IMG/VR virus record: IMGVR_UViG_3300006868_000018
Coordinates: 1 to 64,000 of that record
Reading direction: 5' to 3' (one strand)
DNA: 64,000 bases
From: an uncultured virus (IMG/VR IMGVR_UViG_3300006868_000018)
Taxonomy: Duplodnaviria > Heunggongvirae > Uroviricota > Caudoviricetes
Part shown: in pieces, positions 37,475 through 45,913 of the stretch
Position numbering within the stretch: position 1 is the first letter of the stretch
How the letters are laid out: every line of letters begins with the position of its first letter
Position numbers and translations under genes: made by a program
The notes under the pieces: generated by a model
Databases searched by the model: none
What the model saw: only the letters and a program-made list of their open reading frames with translations
Told to the model about the DNA's origin: nothing

Positions 37475-38347
37475 ATGCAGAAATTCAAAGCACATATGGA
37501 TGAGACAACTTTTCTTTTCGAGGAGGCGGAATCGCTCCTTGAAAAGTTGATCACTTTTGGTGGAGAAGCGTATCCTCGTTTTGGAAACATTGTCTTCATG
37601 GCGGGGGGAGCGGGTTCCGGTAAAGGATTCGTTCTCTCTAACCTCGTAGGTATCGAAGGGAAGACTCTGGATGTCGATGAACTTAAAACTCTCGCGTCCA
37701 GAGCCCCTAGCATTCGTGCAAGAGTTCAGAAAGAACTTGGTGTTGATCTTGCTGACCTTGCAGCGAACCTAAAGAATCCTGAGAACGTATCGAAACTTCA
37801 CGATATCATGGGTGACTATTTGGATCTGGACAACCGGAAACAGAAGGCACTCTTTCGTGGAGTTTTGTTACAACCCAAAGACAAGAAACCCAACATCATC
37901 TTTGATACCACACTCAAAGACCTACCCAAACTGGAAAGACTCACCCGTCAGGCCGCAAGTCTTGGATACGATAAGGAGAACATCCATATCGTCTGGGTTG
38001 TCAACGACATCGAAGTTGCAAAATCTCAAAACCAGGCACGTTCACGTCGAGTCCCATCTGAGATCCTAGTCAACACTCACCGTGGTGCCGCCAATACAAT
38101 GGGTGACATCATCAACATGGGTAAAAAGTTGAAGAGGTACATGGACGGAGATATCGTCTTTGCGTTCAACAAGGTTGGGGTGGATGCGAACCTCGCAAAG
38201 TCTGGAAGGGGTGGATCCTACGTCAAGGACGCAAATTACTTCTACGTCAAGAAGAAGGGTCAACCACCCACGTCAGTTGCGGATCTGGATAAAGAGATTC
38301 GTCGTAAGATTAAAGACTACGTACCCGCAGGCGTAGACTGGAATTAA
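37475..38347 (+). CDS. P-loop kinase (zeta-toxin / polynucleotide-kinase-like)
   Basis: MAGGAGSGKG, DVDE, IIFDTT and NQARSRRVP motifs. Confidence 0.75.
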   Translation: MQKFKAHMDETTFLFEEAESLLEKLITFGGEAYPRFGNIVFMAGGAGSGKGFVLSNLVGIEGKTLDVDELKTLASRAPSIRARVQKELGVDLADLAANLKNPENVSKLHDIMGDYLDLDNRKQKALFRGVLLQPKDKKPNIIFDTTLKDLPKLERLTRQAASLGYDKENIHIVWVVNDIEVAKSQNQARSRRVPSEILVNTHRGAANTMGDIINMGKKLKRYMDGDIVFAFNKVGVDANLAKSGRGGSYVKDANYFYVKKKGQPPTSVADLDKEIRRKIKDYVPAGVDWN

Positions 38348-39213
38348 TACGCTGTGATGGTTCTACGGAACCCATCATAATGCACGGGTCTTCCCATCAA
38401 CATTGTTCTATCCGTCTCTGCTCTTGCGGAGAAAGACTTCTGGATCTGAGGTTCTAGGTCCAGTTGATTGTGGCGGTCAGAATATCTCAATGGATCGTGT
38501 CCCTGATATGAGATGTCCATGATCTCAAAGTTGGGTTGACAGTAAGGCGCCCACTCTTCTTTGATATCATTACTGGTAAAACTAGTATCTGCATATTTCT
38601 TAGGCACACCCGCAAACACCACCGCATCATACAACAGTTCACCTTCACCCAAAGGTTCTTGTAGAACCGTAGACTCACTACCATACTTGTACTGTTTGTT
38701 TGCGGGAGTTGTCTGTACACCTGTTGCATCATACATGTACTTAACCACACCCCTGTTACGTTCAGCGGGTGGTAACAAGACAGTCATGTCGAACCCGTAG
38801 TCGTAGAATTTTTGGAAGACCGGAATCATCTGGTAACTCAATTCCATTGGGGCAGCGTGACTTTGATTGCGAACTTCGATAGGAATCTGATCGTGTTTCG
38901 CAACCTCTTCCATAGATGCAACCCACTCGTTGGTTTCGTTTTCGTTGTAGTAACCCACGAACAGAACGTTCCTGTATCCACGTCCGGCGATGATGTTGCA
39001 CACCAATGGAATTCTAGTCATGATAGACGGTGTGGGATCTACGTTATTCTTTCGAACAACCAGATTGCGGTTTACCCCATTTCTATACGTGGCGAACGCT
39101 TCGTCCATGAGTAAACGTAGTTCGTTTCTCGTTTGTCTGTGGACCGTCTTACCCTGATAGAGTTCATTCTCACGGGTAGTCACGATGACTTCATTGATGT
39201 CTTGATAGTTCAT
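38344..39213 (-). CDS. Hypothetical protein
   Basis: 289 aa ORF, co-oriented with the upstream late gene. Confidence 0.65.
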   Translation of the reverse strand: MNYQDINEVIVTTRENELYQGKTVHRQTRNELRLLMDEAFATYRNGVNRNLVVRKNNVDPTPSIMTRIPLVCNIIAGRGYRNVLFVGYYNENETNEWVASMEEVAKHDQIPIEVRNQSHAAPMELSYQMIPVFQKFYDYGFDMTVLLPPAERNRGVVKYMYDATGVQTTPANKQYKYGSESTVLQEPLGEGELLYDAVVFAGVPKKYADTSFTSNDIKEEWAPYCQPNFEIMDISYQGHDPLRYSDRHNQLDLEPQIQKSFSARAETDRTMLMGRPVHYDGFRRTITAY

Positions 39214-39217
39214 TTAG

Positions 39218-39481
39218 TTAACCCTTGTAGATACCTTGGATGTAGTCTTCGAACTGTTCTATCTTATCTAGTCTGTTCGGCCACAATATATATTCCTTCT
39301 CAGGGTTCTGTTTCAGATTGTTCAGTAGCGGTTGAATTGCATTGAACAACTTGTCTAGTTTCTCCTGAGTGGAGATGACCGCAGTTGTATTCAACTGATT
39401 GGTCTGTTGTGCCTGTTGCACAACTTCGAGTTCATCCTCATTTGCGAATGTGAACCCAAAATCGAATAACTCTTCACTCAT
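39218..39481 (-). CDS. Conserved T4-like hypothetical protein
   Basis: Likely start MSEELFDFGFTF; LLNNLKQNPEKEYILWPNR motif. Confidence 0.7.
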   Translation of the reverse strand: MSEELFDFGFTFANEDELEVVQQAQQTNQLNTTAVISTQEKLDKLFNAIQPLLNNLKQNPEKEYILWPNRLDKIEQFEDYIQGIYKG

Positions 39482-39521
39482 ATTTATACCTTTTCCTAAT
39501 GGCGCTTTTCTTATATTTATA
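39481..39521 (-). promoter_or_regulatory. Two T4-type late promoters (TATAAATA at 39514-39521 and 39481-39488)
   Basis: Exact consensus on the minus strand, back-to-back with an early promoter. Confidence 0.7.
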
Positions 39522-39533
39522 TGAAAAAAAGAC

Positions 39534-39562
39534 TTGACAATTCCTGCGGGGTGTTGTATTAT
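39534..39562 (+). promoter_or_regulatory. Phage early promoter, class A variant
   Basis: A-tract + TTGACAATTCCTGC; 17 nt spacer to TATTAT. Confidence 0.75.
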
Positions 39563-39595
39563 AAACAAGTAATTGAGAGAAAAGTGAGGTTTGAA

Positions 39596-39775
39596 ATGAT
39601 TCTGATTCCTAACATTAATGAGTTCGAAGGTATGATTCCGGTTGGATATAACTTGGTTGTCTACGAGGCAAAAGAAGATCCTATGGATGGATTTGTCCTG
39701 TACGGTTTTGATGAGATTGGTCTCTATGACAACAATTTCAAGGTTCCTGCTTACGCTATGGTGGAGTTTCAATAA
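39596..39775 (+). CDS. Early hypothetical protein
   Basis: GAGG RBS before ATG 39596. Confidence 0.6.
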   Translation: MILIPNINEFEGMIPVGYNLVVYEAKEDPMDGFVLYGFDEIGLYDNNFKVPAYAMVEFQ

Positions 39776-40071
39776 TGATTAAAATGTTTAAGGAAAATTT
39801 TGATAGAGGTGCGGAGAAGGGTAACTTCGCCATCAAATTCGAAAACGGATTCACCGTATCCCTTGCGATGGGTGATGGTATGTACTCTACGGGTACTTTC
39901 TCCGGAGGGTTCGCTTCGGTGGAAGTGGCCGCATGGGACGCAAATGGTGATTGGGTTCCATTGGTTGAAGGTGAGAATGTCGAGGGTTGGGTCAGTCCCA
40001 ATGGTGTCCTTGAGATCATGAATCGGGTTGCAGCGATGCAACCCATTGATTCGCAAGGAAAAGAAAATTAA
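39775..40071 (+). CDS. Early hypothetical protein
   Basis: FENGFTVS...EVA..D...VEGW, a phage family motif. Confidence 0.65.
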   Translation: MIKMFKENFDRGAEKGNFAIKFENGFTVSLAMGDGMYSTGTFSGGFASVEVAAWDANGDWVPLVEGENVEGWVSPNGVLEIMNRVAAMQPIDSQGKEN

Positions 40072-40090
40072 CTTTTTTTCAAAAAAAGTG

Positions 40091-40119
40091 TTGACATTTC
40101 TTGCCAGCTTTAGTAATAT
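40091..40119 (+). promoter_or_regulatory. Phage early promoter, repeat class A
   Basis: A-tract + TTGACATTTCTTGCC; 17 nt spacer to TAATAT. Confidence 0.85.
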
Positions 40120-40153
40120 GTATATGTAAGTTGAGAGAAAGAGAGAGATTCCT

Positions 40154-40396
40154 ATGTTCCGTATTCCCCATTTCCACCAGATCGAAGAGATGTCGTTTGA
40201 CGAAGCTGTTCAGATCATGAAGTCCCGTGCCAAGGGTGACCTCCTTGCGGGTCTCCAGTCGATGGACGTTCTCTGGAGCGACTACGTTGCCCTGCCCGGC
40301 GATGAGCAGGACGATGATGAGTTCTTCTCCAACTGGTGTTACGAAGTCAACGCCTACAACGTGGTCGTTGAAAACATGCGCCCCCTGTTCGCTTAA
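40154..40396 (+). CDS. Early hypothetical protein
   Basis: ORF directly after an early promoter; C-ending codon bias. Confidence 0.65.
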   Translation: MFRIPHFHQIEEMSFDEAVQIMKSRAKGDLLAGLQSMDVLWSDYVALPGDEQDDDEFFSNWCYEVNAYNVVVENMRPLFA

Positions 40397-40408
40397 GGAG
40401 ATTTGATT

Positions 40409-40711
40409 ATGCAAGTTGCAGTTATTCACACCGCATTCGAGGATACGCCTCGGACAGTTGCACTGGTTGAGGTTGGTGACCTAGAGGGTACAGAAGCCCT
40501 TGAGTATGCATATCGTTGGACTAACAACGTTATGGGTTCTTGGAGTCGGACTGACATCGAAGACAATGGTGATTTCAATCCCAACGTTACTGTTATGGCT
40601 CCTCTACACGAAGGTGGTATGGGTCTTCGGTCTACATCTATGGGTGACCAGATGCTTCTTGGTAACAAGAAGTTCAAGGTCGCTGCGATTGGTTTTGAGG
40701 AGATTGCGTAA
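40409..40711 (+). CDS. Early hypothetical protein
   Basis: AAGGAG RBS; LEYAYRWTNN...RSTSMGD motif. Confidence 0.7.
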   Translation: MQVAVIHTAFEDTPRTVALVEVGDLEGTEALEYAYRWTNNVMGSWSRTDIEDNGDFNPNVTVMAPLHEGGMGLRSTSMGDQMLLGNKKFKVAAIGFEEIA

Positions 40712-40905
40712 TGCGAGTTATTGATACTAGTGGTCCTGATGGGAATGCGTTCGTTTTGATGGGTTATGCAAAAAGGTTTGGTAGACAACTTGGTTGGAGT
40801 CGGGAAAAGATCGACACCCTCATCAAAGAGATGATGTCCGGTGATTACGATAACCTGACTGCAACATTCGAAGAGGCCTTCGAGGGTATCGTCGAACTAG
40901 TATGA
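40711..40905 (+). CDS. Early hypothetical protein
   Basis: GPDGNAFVLMG...MMSGDYDNL motif. Confidence 0.7.
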   Translation: MRVIDTSGPDGNAFVLMGYAKRFGRQLGWSREKIDTLIKEMMSGDYDNLTATFEEAFEGIVELV

Positions 40906-41324
40906 CCATGCATTTGATGGGTCATGCGTACTCAACCCTAAATACACGTAAGAAGAAACGCAAGATCACCAAGGCGAAACTCGCACGGTGGGAGACGGAA
41001 CTTCGAGAGTACAACAAGTTGATGAAACGTTGTGGTAGTCCTAAGTTGACTCTGGAACAGTACATCGACAAGGTGCACGGTAAGGTTGAGACCAAGCGAG
41101 AGTTTGTCCCTATGGAACGCAAGGAGAGTCTCTTCCAGAGACAATCGCGGGAACATAGGGAGAAGTACCCTAGTCACGATACCATGTCTGGTTCGACGCC
41201 TAAGAAAGAACCACAACGGTATACAGGGACTCTGGTGAAGGGTATCGCAACCATGCACAAGTCCAATGCGGTTCCGGTCATAGACTCGAAACAGGCCACA
41301 GAAATCTCCAAGATGGGGAAATGA
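40902..41324 (+). CDS. Conserved T4-like hypothetical protein
   Basis: YTGTLVKGIATMHKSNAVPV motif. Confidence 0.75.
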   Translation: MTMHLMGHAYSTLNTRKKKRKITKAKLARWETELREYNKLMKRCGSPKLTLEQYIDKVHGKVETKREFVPMERKESLFQRQSREHREKYPSHDTMSGSTPKKEPQRYTGTLVKGIATMHKSNAVPVIDSKQATEISKMGK

Positions 41325-41422
41325 TGGGGTTGTCACCTAATAGACACGCGAGGGACCACGGTAAGTCCCTCAACTTTTTTCTAAGTCCTTGATTTCCCTA
41401 AACTTATTTTTGAAAAAAGTTC

Positions 41423-41451
41423 TTGACATTTCTTGCCCGATACCCTATAAT
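41423..41451 (+). promoter_or_regulatory. Phage early promoter, repeat class A
   Basis: GAAAAAAGTTC + TTGACATTTCTTGCC; 17 nt spacer to TATAAT. Confidence 0.9.
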
Positions 41452-41482
41452 GTATATGTAAGATTGAGAAAGAGAGGTCGTT

Positions 41483-41668
41483 ATGCAATACATCGTGAAA
41501 ACTCTAGACGGTAAACCCATGGCGGGTTTATTCACTCCCATTTATTCTCTTCAGAAGGCTCGGGATTACGCCCGTTCCATCTGTTTCACCGCCCAGTTGC
41601 CAGATATCAAATCTGTCAACATCTTTTCTTTCGATGGTGAGGAACAAGTCCTCGTGGAGGTAGTGTAA
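41483..41668 (+). CDS. Early hypothetical protein
   Basis: GAGG RBS after a promoter. Confidence 0.6.
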   Translation: MQYIVKTLDGKPMAGLFTPIYSLQKARDYARSICFTAQLPDIKSVNIFSFDGEEQVLVEVV

Positions 41669-41922
41669 TGAACGCTGAAGATATCGTTGGGTCTGGTGGT
41701 CAGACCTATGGTTATTTGGAAGAGTGTCTTAAGTTGATCGAGTGTCCGGACCATTGGAAGGGCCCTCTGTCTGGTGTTATTCACATATCCATGTTTGATG
41801 ATTGTAGAGAGGCGGCCGCATACTTCTGTGGGTCTCCCCTAGAGATCGTCAAAATAGTGTCCGGTGAAAAACAGACCATTGAGGTCTTCGGACGTGGTTA
41901 TTGGCAGTGCGTAGGAGCCTGA
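41668..41922 (+). CDS. Early hypothetical protein
   Basis: GGAGG RBS; HWKGP...AAAYFCG...GYW motif. Confidence 0.6.
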   Translation: MNAEDIVGSGGQTYGYLEECLKLIECPDHWKGPLSGVIHISMFDDCREAAAYFCGSPLEIVKIVSGEKQTIEVFGRGYWQCVGA

Positions 41923-41926
41923 AAAT

Positions 41927-42037
41927 ATGTCAAAGGTTAAATACAACAAAGAGTCGGTTGAGAAGGCCCTCAAACAGGCGAAGGTCAAACCCAAGAATCG
42001 CAAAATTTATCACGCTTTATTGAAGGGTAGGGGTTGA
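41927..42037 (+). CDS. 36 aa basic microprotein (below the ORF-track cutoff)
   Basis: MSKVKYNKESVEKAL...IYHALLKGRG; AGGAG RBS. Confidence 0.55.
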   Translation: MSKVKYNKESVEKALKQAKVKPKNRKIYHALLKGRG

Positions 42038-42062
42038 CAATTCCTGTTAGGGCTGATACACT
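42034..42062 (+). promoter_or_regulatory. Phage early promoter, class A variant
   Basis: TTGACAATTCCTG; 17 nt spacer to TACACT. Confidence 0.7.
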
Positions 42063-42092
42063 GTACTTGTAGATTGATGAGAGAGGGTAGTT

Positions 42093-42533
42093 ATGGATTG
42101 TTTCATTGAAGGTCGCATCGCTAATCAACCCGTTGTCGAGGAGTTCATCCTCAACTTGGTCAAGGAATTGGGGATGAATCGTCTCCGCAATCCTTGGATC
42201 GACGTTCAGTTTACTAACAAAGATATCGGTGCGTATGGTCTCTGCAATGGAGATAACGACTACGCAGAAATTCAAATCGCTAAGAAATGTCCGGAGACTG
42301 GTCGTAAGTTTGGGTTCATCGAAATGATGCAGACCCTTGCACACGAGATGGTTCACGCTCGACAGTTCATTCGCGGTCAACTCGACGCAGAGGGTGCGAA
42401 GGGTTGGAAGTGGAAAGGTCGTAACGCTGAGGGTTTTCAGTACGAGAACCAACCTTGGGAGAAGGAAGCGTATCGACTGGAAGGTCAGTTGTTCTTAAAA
42501 TGTTTTCCGTTCGAGGCGAAGTTTACAAACTAG
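42093..42533 (+). CDS. Zn metallopeptidase (HExxH)
   Basis: TLAHEMVHARQ and QPWEKEAY motifs. Confidence 0.8.
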   Translation: MDCFIEGRIANQPVVEEFILNLVKELGMNRLRNPWIDVQFTNKDIGAYGLCNGDNDYAEIQIAKKCPETGRKFGFIEMMQTLAHEMVHARQFIRGQLDAEGAKGWKWKGRNAEGFQYENQPWEKEAYRLEGQLFLKCFPFEAKFTN

Positions 42534-42542
42534 GGGGTCTAG

Positions 42543-42707
42543 ATGTCATACGAAACTTGGTTAAGAGAGATGTATTTTCTCCACAATGAAGAAAGAAGAA
42601 CGTGGGGAGAAAAACCAATACCGTATGAAGAATACGTGACCAAAAATTCTGAGTGGTTGGAGAGGATGTATGAAGAACAAGAAAAAAGTGTTTCGAATCA
42701 AAACTAA
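42543..42707 (+). CDS. 54 aa hypothetical protein (below the ORF-track cutoff)
   Basis: MSYETWLREMYFLHNEERR...; GGGG RBS. Confidence 0.55.
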   Translation: MSYETWLREMYFLHNEERRTWGEKPIPYEEYVTKNSEWLERMYEEQEKSVSNQN

Positions 42708-42813
42708 TCCAGTCGCACGAACTATCAATAAGTTCAACAAGCCTGCTACGCATGTTGATCGTAAGAAACGTGACCGTAATGGTTACCGCAAACACAAGGG
42801 GGTTGAAGAGTGA
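42670..42813 (+). CDS. 47 aa basic microprotein (below the ORF-track cutoff)
   Basis: MKNKKKVFRIKTNPVARTINKFNKPATHVDRKKRDRNGYRKHKG; GAGG RBS; GTGA overlap with the next gene. Confidence 0.6.
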   Translation: MKNKKKVFRIKTNPVARTINKFNKPATHVDRKKRDRNGYRKHKGVEE

Positions 42814-43337
42814 ATATATTTGGTATTGAGTATGACGATAAACGGGGTTTCAAGTTTCCTTGTGCAATAGACTCCGCACGTTCTCAATGCGATAAACATA
42901 TCGTGAAGATGCCCCTTGAGTCTTGCCAGATGTTGTGTACTGTACATCGTGTACTTGATGGTGGTAACGATCACTTGTACAAGATCGCGCATCCCAAACA
43001 TCCATCGACTCTCTGGACTATGGAGTCACGTGCTAACTACTATTGGCACTACCGTCACTGGCAAGAACTCTGCAAGGAGTACACGTTCCGGTATGGTAAG
43101 GTACACAAGTCTTGGGAGAAGTATGGTGAATACCTTATGTGGGCACCGCAAAACATTCCTGACTCACGGGCTTTGACCCCATTCAAACTTGCATTCAAAA
43201 CACATCCTGAGTGTGTGGTCGAAGGTGATCCGGTTCAGTCCTACCGGAACTTCTACAAAACGAAACAAGAACGTTTTGAGATGAAGTGGACTAAACGTAA
43301 AATTCCAAATTGGTTCTTGACAGAGGAAGTGGATTAA
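42810..43337 (+). CDS. Pyrimidine-dimer DNA glycosylase / endonuclease V-like
   Basis: CDKHIVKMPLESCQML, HPKHPSTLW, EYTFRYGKVH and YRNFY motifs. Confidence 0.8.
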   Translation: MNIFGIEYDDKRGFKFPCAIDSARSQCDKHIVKMPLESCQMLCTVHRVLDGGNDHLYKIAHPKHPSTLWTMESRANYYWHYRHWQELCKEYTFRYGKVHKSWEKYGEYLMWAPQNIPDSRALTPFKLAFKTHPECVVEGDPVQSYRNFYKTKQERFEMKWTKRKIPNWFLTEEVD

Positions 43338-43345
43338 TGTATAAT
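43317..43345 (+). promoter_or_regulatory. sigma70 consensus promoter
   Basis: TTGACA-N17-TATAAT. Confidence 0.65.
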
Positions 43346-43610
43346 GGATTCCAGTAAACAACTTAATTCAGCAGAAAGGTATGCACTGTTTATGAAAGTT
43401 GCGAATCGTATGAACGCACAAAACCGAAAACGGCAGTCTGACCGTAGACGCCAACAAAGACTGATGAATGAGTATGATGACAATACTGTCAGCAGTCTTG
43501 ACAACCGTGACGATCTGTATTGGGGAGATGAACAGAATTACATCTCAACTCACTACAGTGACTCTATATCCGTTAACCGTAACAGAGGAAACTTTGATGA
43601 TGAGTATTGA
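43344..43610 (+). CDS. Hypothetical protein
   Basis: 88 aa ORF; start uncertain because it overlaps a -10 box. Confidence 0.5.
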   Translation: MDSSKQLNSAERYALFMKVANRMNAQNRKRQSDRRRQQRLMNEYDDNTVSSLDNRDDLYWGDEQNYISTHYSDSISVNRNRGNFDDEY

Positions 43611-43866
43611 TATGTCCCGTGATGACATGTTATCCGCCCTACGAGAAGGTGTAGTGTCCCTATCCTTCGAGAAGGTTAAGGATGGCCTGATCCGTGAAAT
43701 GAAAGCGACACTGGTGTCCGATAGGATCCCAGCCGACAAGATGCCCAAGGGTGGTTCTGTCGATCAGTCTGTCGGTGGTGACGCAACCCTTCGAGTGTTT
43801 GATACAGACATTCAAGAGTGGCGGTCCTTCCGTGTAGACAAAGTACTAACGTTCGAGACTGCGTAA
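43597..43866 (+). CDS. WYL/SH3-like small protein (T4-conserved)
   Basis: FEKVKDG.IREMKAT...VFD.DIQEWRSFRVD. Confidence 0.75.
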   Translation: MMSIDMSRDDMLSALREGVVSLSFEKVKDGLIREMKATLVSDRIPADKMPKGGSVDQSVGGDATLRVFDTDIQEWRSFRVDKVLTFETA

Positions 43867-44444
43867 TGGCAAATCATGTAGAATTTAGTCTCTCTTTTCA
43901 ACGCCTCACTGATGAGGCGTTGGACTTTTTGGTCGAACTGTTTGATGGGGTTGAAGACCTTCATGAAATTGAGTGTATCGATGACGTTGGTGCAAAGTGG
44001 GCGACAGTAGAGGATGCGGCGGAAGACAGGGATGGAAAAGAGTTTTTCATTCTTGGTACTGCGGCATGGAGTGCACCTTGGGGTATCCAAGACATACACA
44101 CCAAACTACTGGAGTTCGCACCTGACTGTATCGGTGTGTTCTTCTACTCAGATGAGATGCCACTGTTTGCTGGTGCGTACACACTAGAACCCTATCGTGA
44201 TGAAGATACGGATGAGTTGTTTTCTTCGGAAGACGGTGCACACTGGGAAGACGCTGACATCTATGACAAGTTGAAGGAGACGAACCCTGAGTTCTTTAAA
44301 GAACATGATGTGGACCCCGACTTGGATCTCTATGAGGCGCAAGACGAACACGAAGAACTCGAAGAGTTGTGGAACGATACCTGTTGGGATGTCATATCTG
44401 ATCTGCAACGGGTAATGATTGAGGACAACATGAGTTATCTCTGA
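43866..44444 (+). CDS. Acidic hypothetical protein (DUF1281/YubB-like, from recall)
   Basis: MANHV start; GAKW and TAAWSAP motifs. Confidence 0.55.
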   Translation: MANHVEFSLSFQRLTDEALDFLVELFDGVEDLHEIECIDDVGAKWATVEDAAEDRDGKEFFILGTAAWSAPWGIQDIHTKLLEFAPDCIGVFFYSDEMPLFAGAYTLEPYRDEDTDELFSSEDGAHWEDADIYDKLKETNPEFFKEHDVDPDLDLYEAQDEHEELEELWNDTCWDVISDLQRVMIEDNMSYL

Positions 44445-44460
44445 TATAGATAGAGGTGTT

Positions 44461-45120
44461 ATGACTAAGGGCGAAAAGGCGGCTAAAACCCGTAAGAAAA
44501 AAGAAGAGGCCATGTTACGTGCAATGGGGGTTGATCCTGAGCGTAAAAAGACGAAAGTCAAACGTAAACGGAAACCCATGACACCAGAACAGAAAGCGGC
44601 GGCGGCAGAACGTCTCGCAAAGGCTCGTGAAGCAAGAGGTCATGATGGATCTGCATCTATCCACGAATCTATTCGTGATTTACCCGAAGATCATTTTATA
44701 CATTGGAAGAAGGTCAAGGCGTGGATCAAGGATAGTGAACAGATGCTAAAGAGTATCAGTCATATGAAGAACTCCAACAATTGGAAGGAACGTTCTGAGT
44801 ATAATGATCTCAAAACTTATATTCAAAACATGAAGTCTTATCTCAGTAATGGTGTGTGGTTAGATTTTCGTTATGGTGACAACAGACAACACAAGGTATT
44901 GCGATACTGTGTTGCCATGTCGTATCATCCTAACGGGGAACCAAACCGACAGTTCGGAGTATACTATCCCGACATCAACGCTGTGTGGACTATCGAACTA
45001 CAGGATGCATGGTATGGAGAAGGCGTTGACCCAAGAGGACTCAAAGTTCCTGACAAAAAAGAACTTTTCGATGATGGTCGAGGAGACGGTGAAGAAGACG
45101 AGTCTGGGGTACTTGGATAG
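44461..45120 (+). CDS. Conserved T4-like hypothetical protein
   Basis: MTPEQKAAAAERLAKAREAR; YIQNMKSYLSNGVWLD. Confidence 0.7.
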   Translation: MTKGEKAAKTRKKKEEAMLRAMGVDPERKKTKVKRKRKPMTPEQKAAAAERLAKAREARGHDGSASIHESIRDLPEDHFIHWKKVKAWIKDSEQMLKSISHMKNSNNWKERSEYNDLKTYIQNMKSYLSNGVWLDFRYGDNRQHKVLRYCVAMSYHPNGEPNRQFGVYYPDINAVWTIELQDAWYGEGVDPRGLKVPDKKELFDDGRGDGEEDESGVLG

Positions 45121-45259
45121 TATTATCCACTTGTGCGAAGAGAACAAGATTGAAGTCGAGGACGTGAAGAAGTATCTCAACGACAACATCAAACAGAAAC
45201 TCGAAGTCGAGGCGATGAGTCTCAACTTCATTCCCAAGGTAAACACACTAGATGTTTAA
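45014..45259 (+). CDS. gp33: Late transcription co-activator gp33
   Basis: FSMMVEE...YLDSIIHLCEENKIE...KLEVEAMSLNFIPK; lies near gp32. Confidence 0.85.
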   Translation: MEKALTQEDSKFLTKKNFSMMVEETVKKTSLGYLDSIIHLCEENKIEVEDVKKYLNDNIKQKLEVEAMSLNFIPKVNTLDV

Positions 45260-45815
45260 GACCGTTCGTGTCTTATCAGAAGAACAACTCGAAGAACTCC
45301 GGAGATTTGACGCTCCGTGGGTGAACTCGCATGTGGATGACGGTTCTTCTGAAAAGAGTTACCTAGATAAGTTTAACTCGAAGAGACACGAACAGTACAC
45401 CAACGTAAGGCGTGGTCACACCGCCCGCAAGAGTGTGAACAAAGTCATCCTGCACGAATGGTTCGAGGATGTCAACCAGTCCATAGAAGAAGAGACTGGT
45501 ATCCCGATCACTGATTGTAACTACCTACGTTACGATGAAGGAGATTTTTTAGTACCTCACAGAGACACGTTCGATGGTTCCGAAGACTATCAGTATGTCG
45601 AGGGTGAAGGTAAAAGCAGAACACTGACCACGATTACAATGGTCAACAAGTCAGAAGACCTAGAAGGTGGCATTCTGATTATCAGACATCTGGATGATGG
45701 TCAAACGTACCATGATCTAGAGATAGGGGAGACTGTAATCTTCCCGTCAAATCTAGTCCACGAGTGTACTCTAATCACCAAAGGGTGGAGAGAGGTATAT
45801 GTTGGTTGGGCTTGA
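45252..45815 (+). CDS. 2OG-Fe(II) oxygenase
   Basis: YDEGD..PHRD, GGIL and IFPSNLVHECT.IT.GWR motifs. Confidence 0.85.
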   Translation: MFKTVRVLSEEQLEELRRFDAPWVNSHVDDGSSEKSYLDKFNSKRHEQYTNVRRGHTARKSVNKVILHEWFEDVNQSIEEETGIPITDCNYLRYDEGDFLVPHRDTFDGSEDYQYVEGEGKSRTLTTITMVNKSEDLEGGILIIRHLDDGQTYHDLEIGETVIFPSNLVHECTLITKGWREVYVGWA

Positions 45816-45823
45816 TTTAACTC

Positions 45824-45853
45824 TTGACAGGAGTATAAATACTGGTATATAAT
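45824..45853 (+). promoter_or_regulatory. Nested sigma70 and late promoters for gp32
   Basis: TTGACA-N18-TATAAT with TATAAATA (45834-45841) inside the spacer. Confidence 0.8.
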
Positions 45854-45913
45854 ATGCATCAAGTGGATACAAATATACACTAATACAATATACGCAAATA
45901 TACGGAGAAACAT

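Noticed and set aside
37475..38347. Zeta toxin-antitoxin module
   Set aside because: No adjacent antitoxin-like gene; it has a late promoter and a capsid-targeting-like leader.
39482..39772. N-terminal extension of minus-strand ORF 39218..39772
   Set aside because: It runs across promoters and a plus-strand gene; the real start is most likely ATG 39481.
41360..41410. TAAGTCCCT/TAAGTCCTTGATTT short direct repeat upstream of an early promoter
   Set aside because: Single occurrence in the window; I cannot assign a function.
15190..42062. Repeated AAAAAA..TTGAC.TTTCTTGCC units as a CRISPR or mobile-element repeat
   Set aside because: They are dispersed and each has a -10 box at 17 nt before a gene, so they are promoters.
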